From Octopus bimaculoides (Eukaryota), in NCBI RefSeq assembly GCF_001194135.2, contig NC_068997.1:9232206-9267979 (forward strand): a stretch of DNA of 35,774 bases. The letters are read 5' to 3'. Positions 11,562 to 22,508 of the stretch are shown here, in pieces. Positions within the stretch are counted from its first letter, which is position 1, and each line of letters begins with the position of its first letter. The notes beneath the pieces were generated by a model. That model was not told the DNA's origin and ran no database searches. It was given only the letters and a program-made list of their open reading frames with translations. The position numbers and the translations under genes are program-made.

Positions 11562-12365
11562 AGTATCAAAGGATGTTATTAATGAATGGTTTATGTTGAA
11601 GTGTATTGTGGGCTGATTCTACCAACCTGTTGTGCCGTGTCAAGAGTAAGCCAGCTTAGCTGAGCTCATCTATCAAGTTAAAGATATCAGGAGAAGATCA
11701 AAGATATGAGGAGTAAGTGAATTAAAATATGTAAACTCAACTTGAATCTACATTGTATGAAAAGCCTACAACCATTCCGTGCTAATAATACATATTAAAC
11801 AAATTCATCTGTTGAAAATTGCAATACTATTATTGGCAGTTTGAGCAAATTTGAATGAAATATTTTCAGCAATTTCAAACCTGGAATTTGAAACATCTAA
11901 CATTGGTTCCTGCTTTATCTCTATAATTATGCCTCATTTTAAAATTAAATAATCTGTATTGTTTAAACATGAACATATTTCTCTTTATTGAGAAGAGGTT
12001 TTTAGGCTATCTTCATTCTTTAACAAGAGACAAAAGAGAAAGGATAGAATTTTTGTATCTGTGCTTTAATCTACCAAAATACACTTCTATATAAAGAGAG
12101 AGATTTTAATTTGATACAGTTAATAATAGCCTTCTGTTCATAATGAAAATTTGTTTTGCGGGGTTTCATTTAACCTTTTTTTTACAATCTTAAAAATTTG
12201 AAAGGAACTTACAGGTTATAATTTATTCATTTCTTCCACTTTTTAATTAAATTAAATTAATCCTTTTATGAAGTGTAAGATTCCTTAAGGTGATTAAGCA
12301 ATTAAAGTACATAATAAAGGTGCTTGATTAATTAATCAGTTAAGCTGATTAATTCCAGTTACAGA

Positions 12366-12830
12366 CACAGGTAAAAAGTTTGCTTCTCAACCACAAAATT
12401 GCAAGTTCAGTCCCACTGCATGGCATCTCAGGAATTGTCTTCTACTATAACCCTAGGTTGATCAAAACCTTGTTAGTAGATATGGTAGACTGAAACTGAA
12501 ACAAGCCTCCTGGCATATATCTAAATATCTATCTATATATATGTAAGCGTATATATATATATATATTATGTATGTATATATATTTGTGTGTGTTTGTATG
12601 TATGTGTGTGTGTGCATATGTGTGTATGACATCGTGTTTGTCCCCCACTGCTGCTTGACAATTGGTGATAGTTTGTTTATGTCCCTAAAACTTAATGGTT
12701 TAGCAAAAGGAATCAACAAAATAACTTCCAGGCTTTTTAAAAAAATACTGGGGTCAATTCATTCAACTAAAAGCTCTTCAAGGCAGTGCCCCAGTATGGC
12801 CTGAGTCTAATGACTGAAACAAATAAAGAT
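12366..12830 (+). mobile_element. tRNA-derived SINE family B, near full length with internal (TA/TG)n
   Basis: TTGCTTCTCAACCAC...GTTCAGTCCCACTGC head, GAAACTGAAA, microsatellite, then CCCCAGTATGGCC...TGACTGAAACAAATAAAGA tail. Confidence 0.85.
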
Positions 12831-13699
12831 GAAAGGATAGATATAAGCAAATGAACAGGATGAAGGCCACTACAATGTTGAAAACTTTTATTTTTGTTGT
12901 TTCCATCATTGAAAATTATTAAATCAAAAAATATTGAATGAATTTATCATTTTAATTGTTTTTAGCATTATTTTTATGTTTCATTACTTATTATTCTTGT
13001 TTTTGTTCAATCAAGCTGTTTCTAATCACCACAATGAAATCATTCAACCAAACCTATATATATCTCTTCAACGTTTTACCTTATCTTGTTTATGATTCTC
13101 TTTCCATTCACTGTTTATTTAATGTAATTAATCTTTTTCACTTTAAACAGACCAGTGACAATTGATCTGTCTAATAGAGATTACTTGTTATTTTTCAAGG
13201 GTGACTAGACGCAAAAATCTCAATGTTTTATAGGAAAAAGAAATGAAAGCTGCACTCACTTCCCCCAAGGTCAAGGTTTCATTTAGATCATGAGTCTGCA
13301 GCAGCAGAGCTAACCCCAGATTAAACAACAACAACCTAGTGATCAAAGGTTTCATAGATCATATAATGTCACTAATTAGAGCTGGTCAAACTTATTGGGG
13401 GGGTAACCCATTGACCAAATGATCAACAAGTGATTTCATTTCATGAGAGCAGCACTACTTTCCTTTCTTGATAAATATGCTTAATTTCCAAACAGCCCCT
13501 TTTTTCAATTTAATACCTCCTTTACTCAGAGGTAATACACTGCCAAACTATTTTTATTGGATGGGTTATGTCATGCTGATGATTTCTAAAAAGATTGAAA
13601 CAGTGCTGCAAATTAGTAATCTTTCATAAACATCTTTTTGTTTTTCTGGATTATTTGTTATGAACTGGTATTTTCCATCTCCACTGCTTTCTGTCACTG

Positions 13700-13870
13700 G
13701 ATTGTGGATACATTGGGGCAGCACCTTTTAAAGTATAGTTAATTACATCAACCCAAGTATTTAATTTATCAGCCCTGGAAGGAAGAAAGTGTTATTGGAT
13801 CAGAGTAAGATTTGAATGAACTCAGAATGTAAAAGGGACCTAACCATATAGCACAAAGTGTTTTGTCTGA
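13700..13870 (-). mobile_element. Degraded SINE family A
   Basis: ATTACATCAACCC..GTATTTAATTTATC..CCCTGGAAGG...GAACTCAGAATGTAAA. Confidence 0.55.
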
Positions 13871-13904
13871 TATTTTGTCAATTATGACAAGTATGTTATA
13901 ATCA

Positions 13905-14035
13905 CAAGGTGCTAGGTTGAATCCCACAGTGTGATATCTCGGGCAAGTATTTTTTTACTATAACCTTGGATCATCCCAAATTTTGTGAGTGAAACTGGTT
14001 AGATGGAAACTGTGAGGAAGCCTGCTGGATTTATT
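13905..14035 (+). mobile_element. SINE family B, 5' part
   Basis: GGTTGAATCCCAC...GGGCAAGT...TTGTGAGTG...GATGGAAACTG..GAAGCC. Confidence 0.7.
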
Positions 14036-14111
14036 GTACCTGTAATTAAATGCATAGCCTTGTTACACTGACTCCACCTGCATCTGTGGAATATCTAGCC
14101 ACATCATCATC

Positions 14112-14290
14112 ATCATCATAAACATTCACTTTCCCATGCTTGCACAGGTCAGATGGAATTTATTGAATCAGATATTCTATGGCTGGATGCCCTTCCTGTT
14201 GCCAACCTTCATCTGTTTCCTATCATCAGCAACCACTTTACAGTGTGTGCTGGGTGCTTTCAACATGCCACCAGCATCAGTGCTTTTACT
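14112..14290 (-). mobile_element. SINE family C
   Basis: (CAT)n then CCCATGCTTGC...GGCTGGATGCCCTTCCTGTTGCCAACC, the same motif as at ~24405. Confidence 0.65.
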
Positions 14291-14994
14291 ATATATTTTG
14301 ATTACGAAACGCGAAGTAGACGGAGCAGGGACAACTGAAGAAGGGTAATATTCTTTATGTTGCATGTCTCGTTTCTGTTTGTTTTTTTCGTTGTTCGAAA
14401 AAAAGTTCGTTTTCTGTCTTAATCTTTATGTTTTCGTTTCTCATTGTGTTTAACGTTTTTTGTAATGTCCTGTACCCATATATGCTTATATGTATACACA
14501 TAGATGTCGGTATGTACATATATGTATGGATATAATNNNNNNNNNNNNNNNNNNNNNNNNNNNNNNNNNNNNNNNNNNNNNNNNNNNNNNNNNNNNNNNN
14601 NNNNNNNNNNNNNNNNNNNNNNNNNNNNNNNNNNNNNNNNNNNNNNNNNNNNNNNNNNNNNNNNNNNNNNNNNNNNNNNNNNNNNNNNNNNNNNNNNNNN
14701 NNNNNNNNNNNNNNNNNNNNNNNNNNNNNNNNNNNNNNNNNNNNNNNNNNNNNNNNNNNNNNNNNNNNNNNNNNNNNNNNNNNNNNNNNNNNNNNNNNNN
14801 NNNNNNNNNNNNNNNNNNNNNNNNNNNNNNNNNNNNNNNNNTTTTTTTTTTTTTTTTTTTTTAGAAATACATAATTTTTATGGACTGCAAATTAAAACTG
14901 AAATCTTTAAGCACATATATTCTTGTTGTTCTTTAATTTCCCCTTAGTGTCACAACTAATTATAAAGCATATATATATATATATATTATAGATA

Positions 14995-15130
14995 GGCATG
15001 ATTGTGTGGCAAATAGCTAGCTTCTCAACCACATGGTTCTGGGTTCAGTCCCACTGCATTGCACCTTAGGTAAGTGTTTTCTACTATAGCAACAGGCTGA
15101 CCAAAGCCTTGTGAGTGCATTTGGTAGATG
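14995..15130 (+). mobile_element. SINE family B 5' part, fused to the mariner fragment
   Basis: GCTTCTCAACCACATGGTTCTGGGTTCAGTCCCACTGC...CCAAAGCCTTGTGAGTG..TTTGGTAGATG. Confidence 0.85.
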
Positions 15131-15805
15131 AAGCCCTTTTCCATTTGAATGGCTAAGTAAATTGGCACAATATGCACTACTGGTCAAATAACAATCCACA
15201 TTGGAACAAAGAGGAACACCATCAGAACAACCCAAGGATCATGGTCTGGGCTGGAATCTGGTAGGAGGAAATCATTGGCCCTTACCGTTTTAATGATAAT
15301 GTTTCCAGTGAAACCTATTTAGAGCTCCTGCAGACCTTCTTGTTTGACTCCCTTGAAGATGTCCCCATAATTCGATGTAAAACCTTTTTTTCTGCAGCAT
15401 GAAGCTCCTGCACACTTTGCTAATTGCGTAACTACTTAAACCAGACATTTCCTAACAGATGGATTGGAAGGAGAGGCTCCATGGAGTGGCCACCCGACCC
15501 CCAGATCTTACTCCCCTTGACTATTTCCTTTGGAGACATTTCAAATCTGTTGTGTAACACAATCGTCCATACACTCTTGATGATTTGAAGGATGCAATAG
15601 CAACTGAGTGCCAAAAGATCACCTCTTTCCATCTTTCGGAGTGTGAAAGACAGTTTCATAAAGAGAAGTGATGCATGGTTTATTGCAGAGTGTGCTCAAT
15701 TTAAGCATTTGTTAAGGTTAATTTCAATAAAGTGTTTTCGAAATCAATAAAGGTGTATTTTAAAAAAAAAAAACCAGGATGATGTGCAACTTCTGGGACA
15801 CCTTG
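15127..15805 (+). mobile_element. Decayed Tc1/mariner transposon 3' half (DD41D/rosa-like transposase pseudogene) with right TIR and TA
   Basis: Translates as DEALFHLNG*VNWHNMHYWSNNNPHW...PRIMVWAGIW..IIGPYRF...TYLELL; LQHEAPAHF; YLNQTFPNRWIGRRGSMEWPP; PDLTPLDYFLW; TLDDLKDAI; FKHLL. The right end reads CAAGGTGTCCCAGAAGTTGCAC on the minus strand, followed by TA. Several indels and stops. Confidence 0.9.
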
Positions 15806-17072
15806 TATATATATATATATATAGACACACACACATATATATATGTATGTATGTATGTATGTGTGTGTGTGTGCACGCACGCATTTGAAACTTAGGCATC
15901 ACATTTGTTGCTTGCTATGAGCATCTTGTTTCTTATTCTCATAGTGACATAAAAACTAGAAGCAGAAATTTCAGAGTAGGTGACAGAGAGAAGCTTCAGC
16001 TTTGAATAAATGAATCTACTCAGCTACATGGATTGAGTACTTTTTTTTGTAGTTTGTGAATCTAAACACACACACACACACATATATATATGTATATATA
16101 TATACAAAGAGAGAAACAGCCAGGTTGATAGATAGTTAGATAAATAGACAGATAATGTTATAGGAACACCATCTATAAAATTTGAAGTTTGAGGTATACT
16201 TATTATTTTTGTTCTCTTTAAGATTGCTCTTGTTGTTGTTTTGATTGATTTGAGATGAGAAAGACGTAGAGAGACAATATTTTTACTTTTCAGCAAAGCA
16301 ATTTTCTCTCAGATGCATAATTTTAAGCAACCACTCTAGCCTACTAACCTTTCTTTTAACTGTAGTTACTTCCCACCCCTAACACACACATGAAACCATC
16401 CATCATTAGTTTTTAGAAATGAAGCTAATGAGATAAAAAAAAAAAAATAAAAAAAAGAAACTGGTAGACAGATTGTAACTAAAATAGACTTGCAGATGAG
16501 AAACATCTGATATATAAATACCATTTTAATTACATTAATTATATTTTGCCTGATAGGTGAACAAGATTCAGACAACGAACAGTTATTTTGTTAGCAATTA
16601 ATTCATTTAGGGAACCTTTCCAATTCTGACAGTCACAGAAAAACTGGATATTGTCTTACAGAACCAGTACTGTAATGGCTTGAAGGATATTGGAGAGTAG
16701 GACTGACACACCGTGTGAGACCTTCCTGGTTTTAGGTGATTTTAGAGATGAGTTCATTCACTCATTTGCTGGCATTTGGATTACCAGCCCCTCAGGAACC
16801 TTACCGAACAATATTAGATATTTTTTCGACAAAGATTGATATGAAGGCTATGCATCAGCCTCATTAATTTCTCCCGACTGCGAGGGCCTAGAAAGGTCAC
16901 AGGCAAACCCTTAGTGCTCTGATTAGCTTGTTAAAAAAGAAAAACAAGTTTGGGACAGCAGGAAATTGTTAACCCTTAAAAGTAAAATTAAAAGACAAAA
17001 CAAAAGGAAAACCTTTCAAGACAATATGCCTCTCATAAAAATGGTGATATTCACTCAAACCAGTCATATATA

Positions 17073-17455
17073 GGGGCAGATATGTGTGATATTTGCTTCT
17101 CCACTACACGGTCCAAAGTTCAATCCCACTAAGACATCTTGGGGCAAGTGTCTTCTACAATAGCCTCGAGCTAACCAAAGCCTTATGAGTGGACTTGGGA
17201 GATGGAATTCAAAAGAAGTCCATTGTATATATATCCTTGTGTGTGTGTATGCCTTTGTTTATCTTGATAACCCATGTTGGCTAGTTTACATCCCCATAAC
17301 ACAGTAGAGTGGCAAAAAGAGACTGAGAGAACAAGTACCAGGCTTAAGAAAAGGAGAACTGAGATAAATTTGCTCAACTAAACTCTTCAAAGTGGTAGCC
17401 CCCTTTGGATTGTGGCTGCAATCTAATGACTGAGGCAAGTAAAAGATTAAAAGAT
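17073..17455 (+). mobile_element. SINE family B, near full length
   Basis: Same head, CTTGGGGCAAGTGTCTTCTAC core and TGACTGAGGCAAGTAAAAGA tail as 12366. Confidence 0.8.
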
Positions 17456-17599
17456 AATGCTAAGCATTACCTTTGATAGAAGGAAGAGCTAAGGTACTTG
17501 TAGTTATATTGTACAAGTTTCTTTAATTCCATTATTACCTCATTTGAAAAATAAAAAAATTGGTCTGGAGGAAGGAACTGTGTCCATGGGCTGTTGTTG

Positions 17600-17795
17600 G
17601 CCTTCCAAAACTGGTGAGGAAGTTCCAGAACAAAGGAGCTCTGGTAAGAAAGAACAAGGAATATTGGTTAATACAGAGATAACAGGAGACCAGGCAGCTT
17701 TGAAGAGCAGATGGTATTGTAGTATCAGTAGAGAAGGATGAGAAATGATAGCATGTCTATGGGCCAGTGATTGGAGAATATGGGAATGTAATGGT
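17600..17795 (-). mobile_element. Decayed LINE ORF2 3'-end fragment (CR1/L2/Jockey group)
   Basis: Minus strand across frameshifts gives LQSLAHRH, LILLY*YYNTICSSKL, SFL(P)RAPLFWNFL. This matches the pattern LQPLSHRR..ASLSLFYRYY.G.CSSEL...SFFPRT..LWNSLP. Confidence 0.6.
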
Positions 17796-18222
17796 GATAA
17801 TATTTACATATATATTCTTTCACTAGTTCCAGTTCATGGCTGTGGAACCACTATTATGTATGTGAATACATCATGAATACAAGATTTCATGCCCATATTT
17901 TTTTCTATGCTTGCATGGGTTAGACAAGACTTAAGGAAGCAGTATTCTATGGTTGGGTGTCCTTTCTGACATCAATTCTTATATAATATTTCAGTAAGCA
18001 TTTATGTAATTATGGTAATTAATTTCTTGAAACACGTATGTGTTTTATAAAACTTAAAACGCCATTTACGTTTTCTGTATTTTGTTAATACTGTTATTCC
18101 AAACACTAGCCTCTTCTATGGTCTGATGTCCTGTGTCATACTCCACTGGATACAGGAGTGGAATGTGGGATATACTACTGAACCTGAACTCTGGTTATGT
18201 GCTTCAGTGTATACATACATAA

Positions 18223-18256
<34 letters not shown>

Positions 18257-18319
18257 AATTCAACTTATGTTGAAAGTCAACAAATAAAGTTTGCTTTAGA
18301 AGCGTTGAGATGTATTAAA

Positions 18320-18461
18320 AGACACAGATAAGGAAATAATTTTGTTCTCAAACGTAGGCTAATGCTAATAATATAGCATGAACAGGATGGATAGTTCATC
18401 TTGCTCATGCTATTAGCATTATCCTGCGTTTGAGAATAAAATTATTTCCTTATCTGTATCT
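18320..18461. repeat. ~140-bp foldback (two ~65-bp inverted arms, ~7-nt loop), MITE-like
   Basis: The left arm GACACAGATAAGGAAATAATTTTGTTCTCAAACGTAGG...CAGGATG matches the reverse complement of CATCTTG...TTATTTCCTTATCTGTATC. Confidence 0.85.
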
Positions 18462-18467
18462 TAGATA

Positions 18468-18925
18468 TTATTGTGTCTGAGGAGAGTCATTCTCTTTTAG
18501 TGCCTTATTAATTTGACACACACACTGATCCAATTTCCACTTATTTACTTATTTATTTTTACTAAAATGCTTGTTGTTTCTTGCAACCTTTTCAATAGTC
18601 ATTGACTCTATCCGTTTTTGGTATTGTTTTCCGGTGTCCTGGCTTTCTCGGTATTGTTTTTTGGTATTCTGGCATTCTTGGTATTGTTTTTCAATGTCCT
18701 GGCACCGAAAACCAAAGAACAGACAGAGTCAATGAGTATTGAAAAGTTTTCAAGATGCAACGAAAATTTTAGTAAAAATAAATAGGTAAATGGAAATCAA
18801 ACCAGTGTGTGTGTAGAATTAATAAAGCACTAAAAGGGAATGACTCTCCCCAGACATAATAAAATATGCTTCAACACACGAATTCACATTAAGAATCTTG
18901 CAAACCAAATCCCAAAACGAAATAT
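18468..18925. mobile_element. Foldback element: ~150-bp inverted arms (18468-18620 / ~18705-18862), central 3 x 30-bp tandem repeat, 3' extension
   Basis: The arms align by eye. The centre unit is GGTATTGTTTT.C.GGTGTCCTGGC.TTCT. A homolog of the end lies at 8787-8870. Confidence 0.8.
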
Positions 18926-19159
18926 ATATATATATATATGCACACACAAATACACACATATATATATTTGTACTTTTAACACTTCCAGTTAGTTAGAGGT
19001 TGATAATATGAGTTACCCATTTGCATTTTCTCATGACTTTCCTCTCTATTCTTAAATATTTTCCTCTCTTCCTTGGACTTTGTATTTGATGAAGGATGAT
19101 GTCCAAAACATTATACTTTCACTCTCTAGCTTTTAACTTTATAACTTTTTTTTCTTTCT

Positions 19160-19393
19160 TAGAGTGCCAACTTGGAGAGTATCATCTTGTTTGTTACCAT
19201 GTTTCGTCTCATTTACTCCCCAGCCTTCATCAGGTGTCCTGGTGGAATTTTGAATCCAACCCTGGGTTCTCATTCCTAAGGTATTTTTTTGCTGATGTTA
19301 TCATTATTATTATTTATTCAATGCACTGCCTGGAATTGAACTTGGAATCTTGGGATTAGTAACCCATGCTCTTAACCATTACACTATATGCCC
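19160..19393 (-). mobile_element. tRNA-headed SINE-like element carrying a hammerhead motif
   Basis: Minus strand: GGGCATATAGTGTAATGGTTAAGAGC...AAGTTCAATTCCAGG (box A and box B), then (AAT)n, body, then GGACAC-CTGATGA-AGGCTG..GAGAC-GAAAC (plus coordinates 19201-19233). Confidence 0.75.
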
Positions 19394-19522
19394 GGGGTTG
19401 GGTTAAAAATTCCACCAGGACACCTGATGAAGGCTGGAGAGTAAATCAGCCGAAACATTGTGGTAACAACAAACAAGATGAGGACACATATCCGTCCAAT
19501 GTAAATAATGTAAATAATGTAC
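19391..19522 (+). mobile_element. Inverted copy of the element's hammerhead-bearing 3' segment (pLTR-like)
   Basis: 19391-19481 is the reverse complement of 19181-19266 with few differences. It ends in GTAAATAAT repeats. Confidence 0.85.
19419..19464 (+). ncRNA. Minimal type I hammerhead ribozyme motif
   Basis: GACAC-CTGATGA-A-GGCTG-gagagtaaat-CAGCC-GAAAC-AT-T-GTGGT. Stem II is a perfect 5 bp, stem I is CAC/GTG, and ACAT is a CpG-decayed ACGT. Confidence 0.65.
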
Positions 19523-19599
19523 AGAATTCTTCATCTCTAAAATAATGAATAGTAGCAACATCTTGTCCCACATTTAGGAACGGCATTCCAGTGAAGATC

Positions 19600-20090
19600 T
19601 CATCTGAGCTTAGTAGAGGGGTTAATCGTTGCGTTAAGTGTTGAAATACTTTCTGGTTCTCAACAAGAAAGCCAATCTTTGTGATGCAGTATTTGCTACA
19701 TTTGAGATAGTGAGTGAGGTTTAGCATTTGAAGGGATTGCAAAGGTCTCAATTGAGTGCCATTCATGTTTAGGCTGAGTGCAGTGGGGTAGGATATTTTT
19801 TTGTTTTTTTAGCGACTCTATTTTTGCTGCAAAAGAAGATAAAATTGATGATCACATTGGAGGAGGTTTATAAGATCCATGTTAATAGAACCAGTACCGA
19901 CTTAATGTAAGGTGTTTACACTGTAGATGAACACTTGGATGCAGAAAGTTAGGGCGAGTCATGAATGACATGAAGGTGACAACATATAGGTCATCAATGG
20001 AAGAGCATAAAAGACAAAACTAAAGCCTACACCAGGGTTGATAGAATATGTGTTAAAGAAAGACCTCCATCAGCGCATGCTGTGATATGA
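19600..20090 (-). pseudogene. Penelope-like element (PLE) reverse transcriptase relic
   Basis: Minus strand across frameshifts gives FFNTYSINPGV, IDDLYVV, FMSFM..NFLHPSV, GSINMDL/YKPP, DHQFYL. This is colinear with PLE RT P..W.RYIDD...F...LN..HPSIKF...G.I.TDLY.KPTD...YL. Confidence 0.55.
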
Positions 20091-20261
20091 CAAGAAGCTA
20101 GTGATCCAGGAAAAAATTTTTTCCTAAGATTTTAGATCCAGACAGTTAGAAAGTTTGTTGATGCTGAGAGCAAGAATACAGTGTTCATCAAGTTTCTCAA
20201 GGATAAGAGCTTTCTGGTGGGTGACTTAGGAAGCAGCCTTTGCAGTTTGGATGAAGGTATG

Positions 20262-20309
<48 letters not shown>

Positions 20310-20368
20310 ATTAGTAAATCATAAATCCAAAAGCGATGCACACTATAAGCTAGAGAGCAGTAGAGTAC

Positions 20369-20565
20369 TTAGATGAAGATAGTTATGGCTGGTTCATAGG
20401 GTTACCCAATGTTTTGCTTCCATAAAGCACTTGGCTTAGCATACGTCTTGTCAGACCCTAATGGCCAGTCATTTAGGGTCTGACAAGACATATGTGAAGC
20501 CAAGTGCTTTATGGACATGAAACTTGGGGTAACCCTATGAACTGGGCATAACTATCTTTATCTAA
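20369..20565. repeat. ~197-bp foldback (~95-bp arms, ~8-nt loop), MITE-like
   Basis: TTAGATGAAGATAGTTATG...GTCTTGTCAGACCCTAAT matches the reverse complement of ATTTAGGGTCTGACAAGAC...CATAACTATCTTTATCTAA. Confidence 0.9.
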
Positions 20566-20583
20566 AAATATATATATGTAAAT

Positions 20584-20632
<49 letters not shown>

Positions 20633-22296
20633 TACATACAAGGTCCAATCTCTTTTGCATTGTTGCTGCTTGTGTGCCTGAATGACTCTCAGAGCTACGC
20701 CAACAGATGGCAAGCTACTGTTGGGGCCTTTTCCATATTGGGCAAGTGAATATGGACTCTCTCTTTCCAGAAGTGAAAATAGATTTGTGTAGGACCAATA
20801 TCCCTACCTAGAAAAGAAAGCAAAATTAGAAAAAAAATTAATAAAAATTCTAAAACCAAAATAACCCAGGTGAGAAAGGCCTTCTCTCAAGAAAGACAGC
20901 TCAGAGTTGAGAACAGTGTAGAAAATTCATTGATGGCCTATGCTCCTTAGGGAGCAAAGGGCTTAATTAATATATATATAAAGAAAGAGAGAGAGAGAAA
21001 AGGATAGGGTATTAACTGCTAATGTTACAGTCTGTTCTCATTCTTCCACCACTACAGTCTTCATTTCTCTGTTAGAAGCCTTATGGCAAAAACAGTCTAT
21101 TATTATTGTTGTTTTTGTAGTTGCTATCATTGCATGAAGTAAATGTAATGATGGGTGAAAAGCAAAAACAACAAACTGTTGTTTATAAGTTCAACTTAGT
21201 TTGGGATTGAATATCTACAGCAGTGCTGGAAACATTTGATAGTGTATGTACATATATATATATATATATATATATAATCTAAGCATCTACACATTTTGTT
21301 TCTGGATCATAGTGCTTCTTTTTAAATGTCTTATGTTGCATATGTGTTTGTGTGTGTGCATGCACATATGCAACTGAATGTCTGTATACACACACACTCC
21401 CATATGTTGATGTATTGTCTAACCCTGAGTCACCTTTTATCTAATGTAATTTCGTTGCACACAGAGTTCTTCCATGTTTTTTCTTTTACTCTCTCTTTTT
21501 TTACTTGTTCAAGCCTGTAGACTGTGGCCATTCCAGGGCACTGCCATCATAATCTAATCTATCTATTTTCTATAAACAAATATGAATATATAAAATAAAA
21601 CACATTTACACACACACACACTCATTTACAAACATATATAGGTCTTGTAGAACAGAAAAAAAAGAAACAAACACAAAAATTCAAAGAAACAATTCAAAAC
21701 AAAAATGACTAAATTTTTAACATTAAGATATTAAGATATTTACCAAAATACATAATTCAATAAAGAAGAAACTGATTTTTAAAAAAATCACAAAAATGCA
21801 GAACTTGGAAAACAGCTATGCTTAAAATAATACAACTTTCAGGAAACCATTGCAAAACCATTCTCAATAACAATAAAGTCAAAACAGTCTATTTTTGAAA
21901 TTCTTTATCTTTAACCCTGTCATGCTGTATTCTTGCTATAGTGAGAATAGGTTAAAGATCATCTTCTGCCAGATTCCCAGTAAAATGGTAATGAACAACA
22001 TGTATTAAAAGATGCAGTCAATTCTATCCATTTGTTTGCCTGAAATCATTACTCCTGAGCTGTATGTGTAACTATTTATCTTTTTTCTCAGGAGCCCAGG
22101 TGAAGGGTAAAGTTAGACATAGGGGCTTAGGTCTGAGAGAGCTAAATCAGGAGGTAAGGGAGAGCTTATGACCCTTTAGGGGACTTCTGAGGTTGGAGGC
22201 GGGAGGAATGGAGGTATCCTTAAACCAGAAACCTGGTTTAAGTGCTTGGAGTAAGAAAGATTCTGCCAAAGGTACCCAAAATACTATGCAATGGTG

Positions 22297-22508
22297 TTAA
22301 CCTTTCTGTTACCATATTTCTATTGAAATAACACTGTGTTTGGTTCAATTAAGTTTGAAAATAATGACAAATTCAGTAAAATTCATCATTAAGTTGGAGT
22401 TTGGGACATAAATTTTGATGGAAGGTTTTAATTTCAATCACATTAGACATAAAATTTGCATTACAGAACTGGAGGCATTCTTAGGTGGGTTGGTATCAAA
22501 GGGCTTAA
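22297..22508 (+). mobile_element. Diverged TTAA-flanked piggyBac-type MITE related to 1432-2268
   Basis: TTAA-CCTTTCTGTTACCATATTTC ... GGTTGGTATCAAAGGGC-TTAA. Confidence 0.7.

Noticed and set aside
14300-14360. GAAAC...CTGAAGA as a permuted (type II) hammerhead
   Set aside because: Stem I does not pair, and three extra bases separate the core from the putative stem II.
16690-16840. 51-aa open frame with FLVLGDF resembling an APE endonuclease motif
   Set aside because: Single motif only, with no flanking EN motifs found. The minus-strand exon candidate has stops in all frames.
19325-19393. Functional tRNA gene
   Set aside because: It lacks a proper acceptor stem and a T-rich terminator, and runs into repeat body sequence, so it is a SINE head.
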